Below are positions 1-13,281 of a DNA stretch of 64,000 nt, piece by piece; position 1 is the first letter of the stretch; each line of letters begins with the position of its first letter. The stretch is taken from the NCBI GenBank assembly GCA_951406725.2, contig OX597814.1, forward strand, positions 21,328,001 to 21,392,000, given 5' to 3'. The notes beneath the pieces are model-generated. The model was not told the origin of the DNA. It ran no database searches and worked only from the letters and a program-made list of their open reading frames with translations. The DNA is from Octopus vulgaris. Lineage: Eukaryota. The position numbers and the translations under genes are program-made.

Positions 1-171
1 ATTCTATAGGGGATTAGCGGAGGGGAGGTACGACGACGATCTTGGGGCAAACCTGGGCGTCGACGAGGAATACCTGACCCGCCTGTTTGAAACGACTTTC
101 GGGCCGGGACCTATGGACAACTTCCAGAGATCCCTGGCCTGGCGGTGCTACCGAGAAGCGCTACCCGTTCG
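1..171 (+). mobile_element. Fragment of a Tx1/L1-like non-LTR retrotransposon ORF2 (start of the zf-RVT region), truncated at a (TA)n tract
   Basis: GC-rich open frame reading FYRGLAEGRYDD...FGPGPMDNFQRSLAWRCYREALPVR; the W-x5-LP motif resembles the start of zf-RVT; ends abruptly at (TA)n. Confidence 0.5.
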
Positions 172-3100
172 ATATATATATATATATATATACATACATA
201 CATATATACACTACCCTTTAAAGTACGCGACTACATTTTTTTCCAGTTACTGTAGTTAGAAGATTATGTCTGTAAGAAAGAAGATTCCATGAAGAGGATT
301 TATTTCCAAAACATCATTTAGTCGACAAATTTTGGAAATTTTCTAAAAATTCAATTATTTTTCTTTGGAAATTTCTAAGTTTATTGATTTTGCTTTAACT
401 GGGCACCTAACCAATTCCGATAAGAAGAAAGATGTTGCATCATATTTCAGTATAATAAATGGCATTTGTTTTATGAAACTCAGTAATAGATTATTTCATA
501 TTCAAAATCGCATATATCTGCAAGTAGATTAAAATAATTGTTGAGCGCTGTACTGAAAAAATCCTGCCAAACAGATTCCGAGACCCAGTGTATTTTAATA
601 ATAAAAACCATTTCGTTTCATTTATGCCATTCGCAATATTTAGATGCATATACAAGCGTCGGAGATGAGAAGTAAGAACCTGAAGTTTTAACACTTGTTG
701 AATACAAGAATGGATACTCGTGCTCATGTAATTTTTCTTTTACGTCAACCCATCTCTCTCTCTCTCTCTCAGTTTCTCATTTCTTTTAAATATCTTGTCT
801 TTACTTTAGTATCCAAGGAAAAATGGTAATACTAACCTATTTAGCATACAATAAAATGATTTCAGTAAAACCTTGCCTTAAGCCATTCATTATTCCAAGA
901 CACACAAATCTAATTTAATTCCTATGCCAATTACTTCTTTAAGGCTTTAGCTTTTCTATAATATCCTTCAAACTTTGGTCTATCATTACAGTAATAAACC
1001 AATTTAAGATGAATTGCAATTTAGACCATTAAATCTAAGCAGACAATCATGTCATTAACATCCACCATTAGTATAAGTTTATATAGCTTATATTTTTCGT
1101 TAACCCTTTTTATAAATTTACCTCTCAATAGAATTTTTAGATGATTAGACGTTGGCGCATACAGCTGTCGTACTGGAAACATTACGCTATATAACTTTAT
1201 TTTCATTTCAATTTTTCTCGGATTTGACTTTGCCTTTTATCACCCTGAAGTCGCTCACTGACGTGACAGCAATATGCTACAGTCGAATGGCAATTCCTCA
1301 TTAGTTTAATTAAAATTGGAAAAAGAAAACTAGCTTCGTATATGTATTAGCAATTTCGTGACGAGGCAAATAGAATATTTTTTCAAGAAAGTGGTGAACA
1401 CTGTAACACAAGCATTAAATTATCTCCAGTACAGGCAGCAATCTTGTTTCGATTCTCGTTTGAAACTAATTCACTTATAGTACTAATGTTTTGTAAAAGC
1501 AATGCGTCACAAAAGTCCAGGTTATCTCCTAAATTAAAATGCCTGGCCAACTAGTAAAATAGAATAGCATATCATACACGGTGCAATGGCACAACTTTTT
1601 AAGAACTGTTAATCCATTGAATCATCTAAGTACAATACTAAAACTTAGATCAGCCCTGGAGATATGAAAAGCAAAGAAAATCAACGTTACTCAAGATCTG
1701 GCCCAGATAACTACCCAATAATAACAACATATTACAATATTTACAATAAAATCAATCTGAAATACCAACGAAAGCTTATATATTTTTTATATTTTTATTT
1801 CGTCTTTTTTTATTCTAAGAGCTATCTACTCCTTCCCACCTACATGATTACATAGTCAAAAATCTTTGTAGATTATTAAAAAGAAGGCAAGGAAAAGGAG
1901 GCATAAAATAAAATTGATAAATCAATACGGGGGAAAATCCGTACATTACCAGTGACAGATAATCAATAAATAGAATCCTACTTGCTTTCCGAAGCGGCAT
2001 TTTGTCGGTCAGAAACTGGTTTGAAATCATTATTAAAGTAACCTCAACAGCAACTAAACACTCATAACATGGTGTTATTCTTCTCCTCTAGATTTGTTGG
2101 TAAAAATCCTGCATATTAAATGAACTGGCGCCTTTCCCCCCCCCCATTTTTTTCCTAGATCGGTCGCCACCAACTGGCCAGTATTTTATTGCCACCAATT
2201 TTGATGTAACCAATTATGGCAAACCAGCAATGCAAAACGCCATTTCCAACGCTAAATAATTTTTTTCTTGTTTTCTTTGAGTAATTTTATAGTAAAATAG
2301 CTCCAATGAAATTGCTGTCGTTTAGAATAAAAATTCAAAGTAGGCTTTCTCAGTAGAATATACTCCTAACACTTTTCACATTGGTAGGAGAATTTTCTTT
2401 TTTCTTATATTGCCAATAAAGTATTGGTATAAAATAGAATTTGTGGAAAAGAAATGCATTTCGGCTCAACTTTGTTGTGGTATCTCTAATTATTGCTTGG
2501 AATAAATCTTGTTTTCTCAACTCTCCTCACAATATAACTATAAGATACTCAAGTAAATTAACCATACTATTGATACCGATCTAGTAAAAGAAAATGAATA
2601 CGAAGCAATTTTATTTTACGTTAGAATTATTATTATGTTATTTTTTTCTCGTCATTATTTTATTTATGAAGAGAACTGCTGATGACTGAAGTGGCAGACT
2701 ATCGAATCTTGTTACAGGCCCTATATCGTATCTATACGTAAGGCGTTGAGCTTATTCACAGATCTAGAATCGAAAACATAAGTAGCTGTGAAACCAAAGG
2801 AAATACAACATACCTATCTCATAATGTATTCCGGACTAAATCATTCCATGTGTCCTCTTTTAAAATGCTCATGTGAGTTTTACGGAAATTTGATTTCGTC
2901 TTCGAGCAGACCGATTAACGGCGTGGAGACCTTCGTGCTAGTTCTAAACTGTTGTTTTACATGAAACGTCTATTGTAAGAAGTGGAAACTATTAAAATGA
3001 ACTAACTCTAAATACGTCAGTTTAAGTCATTTAATTTACATCGCATTTCCTTGAAGGTTTCCAACAGAGAAATTACTGGTTTACTGTATTTTTCACGAGT

Positions 3101-6097
3101 TGAACGAAAAAGAACTGGCTGTACAATCGGACAGAACAACGGCGAGTTATTAACACAGAATCGTGTCTGTATTTCACATGGAGACAAATTTTTAAAAAGT
3201 GCTTCTTCAACATAAATAATTGTGAAGCAATCGTTCATGTAGCTTAATAGTATATGCAAGGCTGGTGAAATATAGAATTAGAAAATGCTTGGCGATTTTA
3301 GTTGATCTGAGATTAAGCTGCGCTGAGGTCGCTTTTGACTTTTATCTCCTAAGAATTGATAGTGTAAATACAAGTCAAATATTGAATCGATATAACTGAC
3401 TATACTACACTCACCACAGAAGCCATAGCTGAGTCAGAAAACATTATCTTCATATTAGTATTAGCTATTTCCAAACTTTTTTTAGATATTAGTCTAAAGA
3501 GTAAAGGCGGCTCTCATGGCACTCTTCCGGAATTCCAAGATTTGTAATGTAAAGGCGGAACATATTTTCAATTCGGATATTTAGTCCGAATGTTTTCAAT
3601 AGGTAAAGATACCCGAGAGCTGGGAGCTGTATTAAGCCTATTACGCAAGAGCATGAGCGGTCCCTCCAATGAGCTATCACGAATTTCGTTCTTCTAAATT
3701 TCTTTCACAAGGTTTCCGTTGACCGAGGATGCAATAAAAGATATTTGTCCAAGGTATTGCTTAGTGGAGCGAAACTTTGAACTACGCTGTTAACAATGTT
3801 AAGTCCTTAACCCCTGTCTATTATCGATACATTATTTAGTTTCCTGAATGTTATTACAGTGGAATATATTAAATTCGATTTCCCATTCAAGAGAAACCAA
3901 TAACGTATAATTCGTTGGTATTCTATTTGAAGTAATATAAATCAAAATTTTCCATTTGTTACATTGGTTATAACTTACGTAATGCGGGTCTGCAGGAAAC
4001 GATAAATTAAAATAGCATTTGCAGAAGGTTACAAATATGGTAGAATGGTACAGTATATCAAATCAACCCCAGTATTTCACTGTTTTATTTCATCGTCCCC
4101 CACTGCCTCACATGACAGGTTATAACCACTGTAATAAATAGAAAATTATCTTGTGTATTACGTTAGAAAATAAAGCACCTGTTACTTATATAGTGCTGAT
4201 TTCTCTTGAACGAATGCAATCTTAATTCTTTCAAGGAAGAGTATATGACCAATTACATCGAATTTAATACATTATTGACTTGGTTTGTCAATGCACGGGA
4301 AAGAAAAGCGAAATCTATAGGATCTAATGATGCTTAACTTCTGATCATCTAAGGAAATAAAGCTCATTGAAGTAAAGTAAAAGATTATTGTTGAAGTTAG
4401 CGCTTGCAAATCTGCTACCATAATCATTTTATTTTACATTGCTAACAGGCACAGACGGGGTTTTCTGACCTTTTGTTCGAAAGTGTAACGCTCCGTAACA
4501 CATAATAAATGACATACAGTGCAATAAGAAAACTCGCTGGATCTTAAACGTGAGAAGAAATTAACATCGGTATCGCTTGGAAGTAAGGCAGAGTCAGCAA
4601 GTTTTAAATGTATTTCGCAGTCGTTATAGAGTAACAGCAGTGTCCAAGGTATTGCTTAGTGGAGTGAAACTTTGAACTACGCTGTTACAATGTGAAGTCC
4701 TTAACCCCTCAAACCTGTCTGTCTGTTATCGATACGCTATTTAGTTTCCTGACAGTGTACTAAGTTTAAATCATTTTATGATACACACTCGAAGAGATGA
4801 TAGTTGTGATGCAGGATATTGTAAAACAGCGTCAAGAGGATACCGCTTTGATTAATGGTAATGAAAATCATATGTATCAACAATGATTCCTTACTATTGC
4901 TAAAGATTCTATACGACCAGCTGAGCGGTATCACCTGTCACTTCTGTATATGTTGGCAAATAGGAAAGCTTTGTCTTCCCCTGCAAGACTCCGCAACAAG
5001 TATTGATAATTAGGATTCATGAAAGCCTAACTAATTGTAGAACGATGATAATAATCATTTCCATAATAGGCACAAGGCCTGAAATTTGGAGAAAGCGATC
5101 TTGTCGAGTACATCGACCCTAGTATTCAACTGGTACTTATTCGACAGATAAAAGATTGTTAATCATTTTGATTCTGCCAGCCCGCTGCCTTCAAGGAAAA
5201 CAACAATTTTGTGTCACAAACCAACATACTTAGAACCAATTTCAGGAGTTAAACACTTTCGATTCTTTACAATCTTGCAAAAATATTTCTGAATTTAATT
5301 TTCTCTAGCATCAACTGGATAAACTGAACGAAACAGAATTTCTCAGCTAGATATTTCAACAAATGAGAAAGGAATTACTGTTGTAAATATAATCAATTGA
5401 CAATTTATTGTACTACGTGATGAAAACTGAAAGCACACAGTGTGGGAACAAAAAATAAGAAATTTTCTATAAACTGCATCTATATATCGAACCACAATCT
5501 ACTTCAACCTCTTCTTTTTTCAATGATTCCTTTAACTGGATAACAAGTCGACATTTTACAAAGCTTCAGTATCAATGTCGAATTACATCAGACATCATGT
5601 AACACTCTCCTTTCAATTTGCATCTCACGAACTATATTGATTTATGACTAAGAGGTATTATATTCGATATAACATAAGAACGAAAGTCATTTTTTTAATG
5701 TTAAGAAGAATAATATCGTTTTCTAAGAAAGTAAAAGAGTTCCATAAACCGGAATATATGTCTTCAGTTTTTAGTACGAACGTCCTACGAATTGACATAT
5801 GCGAAATATTTTTATACAGCGAAGCAGATTTTACTGCTCACCGACGTATTATACTGTGAATTGAGAAATGTTGATACTCGAGCCAGTCGTTAAAAGTGCT
5901 ATGAATGCTGAGTGAGGTTATTTCCTTTTCATTTTACAACTGGTTTACTATATCTAAATGGTTGCGATAGAGAGTTTTATTTTCCATAATCTATTATTAA
6001 ATCATTAACATGATAGTAAAAGCACTATTTAGAATGAAATAATAAAACGAACATATAACTAGATCGAAGGCTGGTAAATCTTCCAGTAGCAAACCGG

Positions 6098-6516
6098 GAT
6101 AGTTGTATGGTTAAGAAGTTAGCGTTGCGGTCACAAAGTTTCAGCTCCAGTCCTACAGCCCGCACATTTAGCAAGTGTCTTCTATTATTGTCCAGAGACG
6201 ACAAATCCCTTGCAAGCAAATTTGGTTGCGGGAAAGTGTGTGGAAGCTTGCCGTATATATGCATACGCGCCTTCATATGTGTGTGTGTGTGTGGGGTGTA
6301 TCTTTGTGTTTGTATGTGACCTCCCACCTCCCACCGCTTGGAAATCGGTGTTGGTATGTTTTCGTCCCCGTAACTTGAAACGGTTCGGCAAATGAGACAC
6401 ATTGAGTAAATATTAGACTTTAAAAAGTACTAGGTCGATTTGATCGACTAAGCCCCTCAAGGCAGTGCCACAGTAATGACTGCAGTCCAATGACTGGAAC
6501 AAATAAAAGGTAAAAG
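6098..6516 (+). mobile_element. tRNA-derived SINE family A (CORE-like head, internal microsatellite), degenerate copy
   Basis: Similar along its length to the copy at 8030-8440 (head, GCAAGTGTCTTCT, GT repeat, CGCTTG..GGTTCGGCAAA..CAGTCCAATGACTG, A-rich tail). Confidence 0.7.
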
Positions 6517-6639
6517 ATGAAATGATCAAATATACAGATGACAGAAAAAGAAGTTATTTGACATACCAAATTAAAACAAAACAAACAATAACATTGTTTA
6601 CTTGTCTTCCACTTTCTCTTCCCGTTTCTTCTTATTTCT

Positions 6640-7040
6640 TATTTCTTTACTGCCCACAAGGGGCTACACGCAGAGGGGACAAACAAGGACAGACAAACGG
6701 ATTAAGTCGATTATATCGACTCCAGTGCGTAACTGGTACATATTTAATCGACCCCGAAAGGATGAAAGGCAAAGTCGACCTCGGCGGAATTTGAACTCAG
6801 AACGTAGCGGCAGGCGAAATACCTATTTCTTTACTACCCACAAGGGGCTAAACACAAAGAGGACAAACAAGGACAGACAAACGGATTAAGTCGATTATAT
6901 AGACCCTGGTGCGTAACTGGTTCTTATTTAATCGACCCCGAAAGGATGAAAGGCAAAGTCTACCTCGGCGGAATTTGAACTCAGAACGTAGCGGCAGGCG
7001 AAACACCGCTAAGCATTTCGCCCGGCGTGCTAACGTTTCT
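6640..7040 (-). mobile_element. Tandem pair of SINE family B copies (the first 5'-truncated)
   Basis: 6640-6822 and 6823-7040 are direct repeats and the reverse complement of the SINE at 18638-18865. Confidence 0.85.
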
Positions 7041-7664
7041 TCCTATTTCTTTCTGTCAATGTCTGGAAACACGCCACAGCGTTTTCCATCCTATCGAAGC
7101 AGCCTCACTAACTCTGCCAGTTACCGATCTACTGCTCTCACATTCAATATTCTAAAATTGACAGAAACCGTTATTAGCGAACATGATCCTTCATCACGTT
7201 AAATCCCTCTCTTGCTTCAAAGTGATCGCTCAGTATGGCTTTCGTAGAGTCATATCAGCTGGAGACTTACTCTATGTTATTCACCGCTGTTCTTCCTGCT
7301 TGGGTAATGTGATGAGACCAATATTGTTACACTTAACATTTATTACATCATTTAAAATATCCTACATGGGAACATGTCAGCAAAGTTATCTGTTTTAATT
7401 AGTTTGGATACAAAGGCACATGACAGATCAGACCAAATGATTTGACGATATGAAAGCTAAGTGAGATCAGTCAGTAATTCACTGCCGCGATTTGTTGTGC
7501 TTTTGGAAAATTGATAGAATCGACTGGGAATATAGCTAGTGTCCGGTGAGTTCCTCTTGAGAAATAACTAAAGGGAACGGCAGTCGATGACACACTCCTT
7601 CATGACTCTAGCGGGGAACTTGTCAGGGCACCCAGCTGAGTTGTTTGTAATTTCATTAATAGCT

Positions 7665-7666
<2 letters not shown>

Positions 7667-7696
<30 letters not shown>

Positions 7697-7756
7697 CATA
7701 CATACATACATACATACATACATACATACATACATACATACATGCATACATACATA
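7667..7756. repeat. (TACA)n microsatellite
   Basis: Near-perfect tetranucleotide run. Confidence 0.98.
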
Positions 7757-10700
7757 ATGGTGCCGTCAACATCGAACGTGGAGATGTAGAGGACCGTTTA
7801 AAAAGTCCGTTTTGAACGCCTTCCTCTAGAAATATGCCGACTTCTTCAGCCTAAATCGGTAACTGGTTTATTTCTCCAATGATTTATAAGAGAAACACTT
7901 TTTACTCACCAACGTACCGTTATCCTGAACAGATTTTAAAATATACATCTACACCAGGTAGAATCTCGCTAACACGATTATGGCAGAATCTAACACCACC
8001 ACAGATGAAACTAACAACGTCACCACCGATGCAGGGGTGGCTGTGTGGTAAGTAGCTTGCTTACCAACCACATAGTTCCGGGTTCAGTCCTACTGCGTGG
8101 CATCTTGGGCAAGTGTCTTCTGCTATAGCCTCGGGCCGACCAATGCCTTGAGTGGATTTGGTAGACGGAAACTGAAAGAAGCCTGTCGTATATATGTATA
8201 TATATATATATGTGTGTGTATATGTTTGTGTGTCTGTGTTTTTGCCCCCTCCCCAACATCGCTTGACAACCGATGCTGGTGTGCTTACGTCCCCGTCACT
8301 TAGCGGTTCGGCAAAAGAGACCGATAGAATAAGTCCTGGGCTTACAAAGAATAAGTCCCGGGGTCAATTTGCTCGACTAAAGGCGATGCTCCAGCATGGC
8401 CGCAGTCAAATGACTGAAACAAGTAAAAAGAAAAAAAGAGATGAAAACAAAATTACTTCACTAGTAAGTTATTTAACAAGACGTAAGTACTCTTCTCATT
8501 TTACTTGGACTCAACAACTAAACTAAGATTTACTTCGCTGCTATGAAAAAGCCCGAGATGACCCTTCATTCAGATACTGGGACAAAGCTCATCCCAACTT
8601 AAATACTTTCACGCCGAAACAGCTCCGACAACAAGCATCTTTTGTAAAAAAAAAAAAGAAAAATATTATCCTCAATCATCCCAAAACACTGAGAATGGGC
8701 CAAAATTTACCAGATGCGGCGTAAAAATAATGTAAGCAAACCATCGCTTCCGACCATCACTAAAGTTGAGTGTGTCTCCAAAGTTAGCTGACTCAGTAGC
8801 GAAGACTGAGGAATGCATACAATTCAAGAACATGTTAAAATTACAATTCGCAAAAAATTTTGCTAGTTTCACGAAGCTTTCGTTGAACAACAGATCATTC
8901 CCAAGAGGAATGAGAAATAATCCGACTGATCTAATGTTTAAAGTTATCAGTGATGTCGCTGGAGAGCACATGGAATCATGTGAAGTTAATTACTAGAATA
9001 TAAATACTCGTATATACACAGCCGTTATTACTCTTAAAATATACCTAGGAGAAATCTACAGTAAACAAACTCTTTCTGTACTCCTTTTCATTTTGGCACT
9101 GAATCCATCATCATTCCTACTGCAGAAAACAAATGGTTACATGTTAGGATCTTCAACTGCTAGAAATATCAATGTAACTCATAATTTATTTGTAGACGAC
9201 CACAAGATTTATGCTAAAAGTGTTAACAATACCAAAAAACAACTGGAGTTAATAACAACATTCTCAGCTGATACAGGTATGGGATTTAGCCCAAAGAAAT
9301 GTTCACATTTGGTAATAGAACGAGGAAAGTAAGTCCTCCAAATCCAAAACCTGTGCATCAACGGTCTCTCTATCTTCCCCATTCCACACAAAGTATGTTA
9401 CAAGTACCTAGGCATAGACGAAAATGTATCATATAAAGGCATTATGAATAAAGATAGAGCGACCCGAGAATATTATACCAGACTTAGGAAAATATGGCAG
9501 TCGGTTCTCTCCTCTTACAACAAAACAATATCCCACAATGCATTTGCAGTGCCAGTGCTGATGCTAACATTTGGGATACTTGATTGATCTGTAGAGGAAA
9601 CCTTTCCTTAGATATCAAAACCCGCAAAATCCTGACAACAACTGGAAACTTCCACAGAAACAATGATGTTGACGGGCTCTCCCTAAGAAAAGAATGAAGG
9701 TGGTAGAGGCCTGAGATCAGTGCAGACTGCCTTCCAATGCCGTATGGTATCATTCAGGCAGCACCTGCTAAACAACAGCAGTAAAAATAAATATATAAAT
9801 GCAGTGCTGAAAAGTGAAGTAAACAACATTGTACGAGTTGGCAGTGAGCTCCTCAAGAAGCAATCTCTTCCTGATGATCGCCTATGCAGCCCCAAAACAG
9901 CTGGGTTCTTTTATCTCAGAAATGACCAGGATGGAAAACACTCAGCATACAAAAATAATAAAAAGACTATGCATGGGTATGTTACCTGGAAGCTTGAAGA
10001 AGAAAGTAAAATTGACACGAAGCGCAGCCTCTCTTGGACACAAGACCACTACACCACACTTTGAAGGCTATGCGTTTGCAATCCAGGAACGGGAGATTGC
10101 CACAAAGTACCTGGTGAACAAGAAAGACAGTGACGCTCTTGTAACCCCAAGGTGCGACCGCATGTGTAGGCTATGTCATCTTTCTGTGAAAGACATCACG
10201 CATGTGATTAGCAGCTGTCCTAAAATGTCATCACGCTACTACCTCCCTATGCGGCACGATGTTGTTGCTAAAACAATTTACAATACCATCCGCCAAAAAA
10301 GACTATCCTGAAATAAACTTAGAAAATCTCTCTGTTATGGAATACATTCATAAACACCAACTCAAGGAATACAGGTGGAATATTTCCATCAAAACTTCTG
10401 ACAAATGTAAGCATAACAGGCTGGATATTGTTTGGGACAGAGGGGCAAGGGTATGTACCGTCATAGAGGTCAGCTGCCCTATAGATATAAATATCTGTTT
10501 GAAAATCAAAGAAAAAGAGGATATCTATGGACAACAGCTTCGAAACCGCCAGCTTCTATATCCAGACTATGAATTCATATTCATACCAATAATAATTGGA
10601 GCACTAGGTTCTGTTAGTAAATGCTTAGAGGATAATCTGGATAAACTGTGATTTTCAGAAAGAGAAATCGACTGGCTAATACGTACATTACAAGACTAAT

Positions 10701-10854
10701 ATGTGAGTGGAACAGCAAAAGTATGCAAGACTTTTCTCAAAATCCAATTGTGAATTTGTCTGTGTTAACTACATTCAAAAGATGGAGCTTTGTATCTTTG
10801 TTGGAAACCAGTTCTTTCCTCAATGGAAGATTTATAATAATTAAAAATAGAAGA
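7757..10854 (+). mobile_element. Degenerate, internally deleted R4/Dong-clade RLE non-LTR retrotransposon flanked by (TACA)n
   Basis: N-terminal motif FTWTQQLN*DLLRCYEK..W..HP..QLRQQ (~8500-8640), RT motifs LFILALNP and HNLFVDDHK, YKYLG, GGRGL, CCHC knuckle CRLC..ITHVISSC, RHD, and RLE motif HNRLDIV..IEVSCP..KEK..Y..IPIIIGALG; many stops and frameshifts. Confidence 0.85.
8030..8440 (+). mobile_element. SINE family A, near full-length copy inserted in the R4/Dong ORF
   Basis: A-box-like TGGCTGTGTGG, B-box-like GGTTCAGTCC, CORE-like CTTGGGCAAGT, internal (TA)/(GT) repeat, A-rich tail. Confidence 0.85.
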
Positions 10855-10947
10855 TACATACATACACACACACATACATACATACATACATACATACATA
10901 CATACATACATACATACATACATACATACATACATACATACATACAT
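10855..10947. repeat. (TACA)n microsatellite
   Basis: Tetranucleotide run. Confidence 0.97.
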
Positions 10948-11095
10948 AAAAGTTGATTCAAAGACTACAGATCCAAGCCATCACTAAAACTGTAAAAATC
11001 TGTTAAACTTTCGAAAAGTTTTCTCATTTAAGATTATCTGTGCATGTCTAGTTATGCAACAATATGCATGAAGATACTTACATAAAACAATACAT
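10948..11095 (+). mobile_element. Short 3'-end fragment of a second R4/Dong-like element
   Basis: Reads KLIQRLQIQAITKTVKIC*TF, parallel to the C-terminus of the upstream element; followed by TACA-like sequence. Confidence 0.55.
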
Positions 11096-11310
11096 ACAAA
11101 TCTGCACATATTCATACAAAAATACCTCGTTGATGTTCTTAAAATTCCATGAACGAGCCTTGGATCTTAGGCTAGTAACCAGCTGTTTCTCTATTGTACA
11201 TACATACATAAATACATAGGGAGAGTTTATGAAAAAAAACAAAAGACGAAGACAGGTCGTGTACAAAACAAACAGATGTATTAGTATAACGCTCAGGAAT
11301 AGAAAAAGTA

Positions 11311-11344
11311 TTTTACGTTTCGAGCCTACGCTCTTCTACAGAAA
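11311..11344 (-). ncRNA. Minimal type I hammerhead-like motif (variant core CUGUAGA) in a Penelope-like pLTR relic
   Basis: Minus strand TTT-CTGTAGA-A-GAG(cgtagg)CTC-GAAA-CGTA-AAA: short stem I, stem II, palindromic ACGT stem III, GUA site. Confidence 0.5.
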
Positions 11345-11423
11345 GGGACATCGAAAAAACAAGGGGAGAAACAAGGAGAGTAAAAATGTGTGTAGTGGCT
11401 ACATACATACATACATACATACA

Positions 11424-11455
<32 letters not shown>

Positions 11456-11637
11456 CACATTTTACATCTCAGCAATTTGCCACTCTCCGGAGGAATGTAT
11501 CCAGACCTTCGAATATTTTGTCTTATTTCCAAAAGGTAGTGTTGCTGACCTTGTCAACTAACGTTTATGGCATTCACTTCCAATTTTCCATACTTTTTGA
11601 AAGCATCCATTAACAATTATGTCTCTTTCACTCGCAG

Positions 11638-11679
<42 letters not shown>

Positions 11680-12457
11680 TGCATAATGGTTGTTAGTATG
11701 GTTTCTGCGAAGCCAGTTCCACTAGTAATTTACTCTACTCTGTCACCTACCATTCGGCGCTCACCTTAGAGAAATATGATTAAAGCAATGTTGTCACCCT
11801 AGACATTAGCAGAGCTTTCGACCGTAATGAGAATCTCCTCTTCCTGTTCCATTTTCTGTCGGCTCTGTTGAGCATCAAGGTTCGGTTTTGCTCCCCACTA
11901 AATTCTTCCTATATATATATATATATATATATATGCTCTACTCGCAGGAGATTCGATCGAAATGCGATCGTATCCCCTGTGAGTTAATACAGCATCTCCT
12001 AATGAAAATGTAAACTACATTTAATCAAGTTATCCTTGGCCTGATGATTACCTTACTGTCTGCCCCTCGTTTTGATAATAACTACTTCTGAGGTACCCCT
12101 AGCTATGAAATATATGTAGCCTGGAATTTATCTAGTCCATTCCCTAATTTTGGGATATATATTATTAACGCCAAGCAGTGTTTAGGCACAAGCAATGTTC
12201 AGGTTAGTTAAAATATGTTTGTGACATATTTCAATTGATAAAAGGCAAATTCACTGCAGTTACTAAATAGTAAATTTCCTCATATGGTTCAATGGTGTAA
12301 AATCACCATATCTGTTCAGTGTCGCTATCTGTCAGGATTACTAGTCATCGATATTTAGCTTGTCCTATAAATTCGTATAAAACTATAGAAGCTAGAGCGT
12401 AAACAGTGGGAGATAAACAAACAAATAAAGTGATGCAAATCAAAATAAACAGCTTAA

Positions 12458-12585
12458 CCCTTTGAGGCCTGAACGCCTGAACCTTATTTTACCATATACC
12501 TGGCACTCCATTCGTGTAGTGCGGTGCTACGGTATAGAGAAAAATAAGCCATCCACCGATAAACTAGTGTTACGGGCTCAATGGG
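12458..12585. mobile_element. Tiny piggyBac-like MITE
   Basis: TTAA|CCCTTTGAG ... CTCAATGGG|TTTA: CCC/GGG termini with imperfect TIRs and TTAA-like flanks. Confidence 0.45.
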
Positions 12586-12603
12586 TTTATATATATATAT
12601 ATA

Positions 12604-12804
12604 GTTAATCGAAACATGAAAACACAAAGAGAAAACACAACAACACGAGGATGTGGAACAAGTATAGCGTTATGGGACGCTCAGGAAAGGAAAGAAAGAA
12701 GGAGGATTTAACGTTTCGAGCGGAGCTCTTCGTCAGAAACATAGGAAAAGGAAAGATCCAAGGATTGGAAGACGGAGGAAAAAATTGTCAACGGTACACA
12801 CGGT
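12604..12804 (-). mobile_element. Penelope-like pLTR fragment between (TA)n tracts
   Basis: Flanked by (TA)n on both sides; contains a minimal HHR; similar to 11220-11400 and 16496-16588. Confidence 0.6.
12706..12740 (-). ncRNA. Minimal type I hammerhead ribozyme (canonical core)
   Basis: Minus strand GTTT-CTGACGA-A-GAGC(tcc)GCTC-GAAA-CGTT-AAAT; palindromic stem III, GUU site. Confidence 0.7.
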
Positions 12805-13281
12805 ATATACATATATATATATACCAGCTTAACATTTCCTATCTCATACAGTATTAATCAACAGGAGGAACACCATACTTGGAGATTCGGTTGATTTTTG
12901 TACACGTTGTAGTAATTGCAGTATGAGATCGAATCGCATGAGAAGACTATATGTTGGTTAAAAATCTAGAAAATGCAGATGATGCCCGCTAAAGTGTATT
13001 GATTCGGCAGCTGAAACGTGGAAGGTTTAGATTTAATCGTACAAATCGAAGTTTTCATCTCCCGTTTTGCCTTTGGTGTTATCCCAGGAGTGGCTTTGGT
13101 GGGACTTCATCATGGGTAAGTCCGCTCCTTGATCGATGGAATGTAGCTCCAAATTATCAGTGGGACCTTTGAGCAAGAGTTGTTTAAGAGCTAACGTAAT
13201 ATGTATTTTTTTATATTCTCTGGGTGTATTGTAATATGCTTGTTTTAAAGGTAAGTTCTGCCAGCTGCAGTTACGCCTGCA

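Noticed and set aside
8030-8100. tRNA-like sequences at SINE heads
   Set aside because: Only A/B-box remnants, no full cloverleaf, and they continue into SINE bodies; not tRNA genes.
13030-13120. Possible host exon ending in TGG|GTAAGT, and an upstream CAGATGA..GAAACGT hammerhead-like string
   Set aside because: No recognisable protein in any frame and no partner exons; the HHR core is broken and has no stem I.
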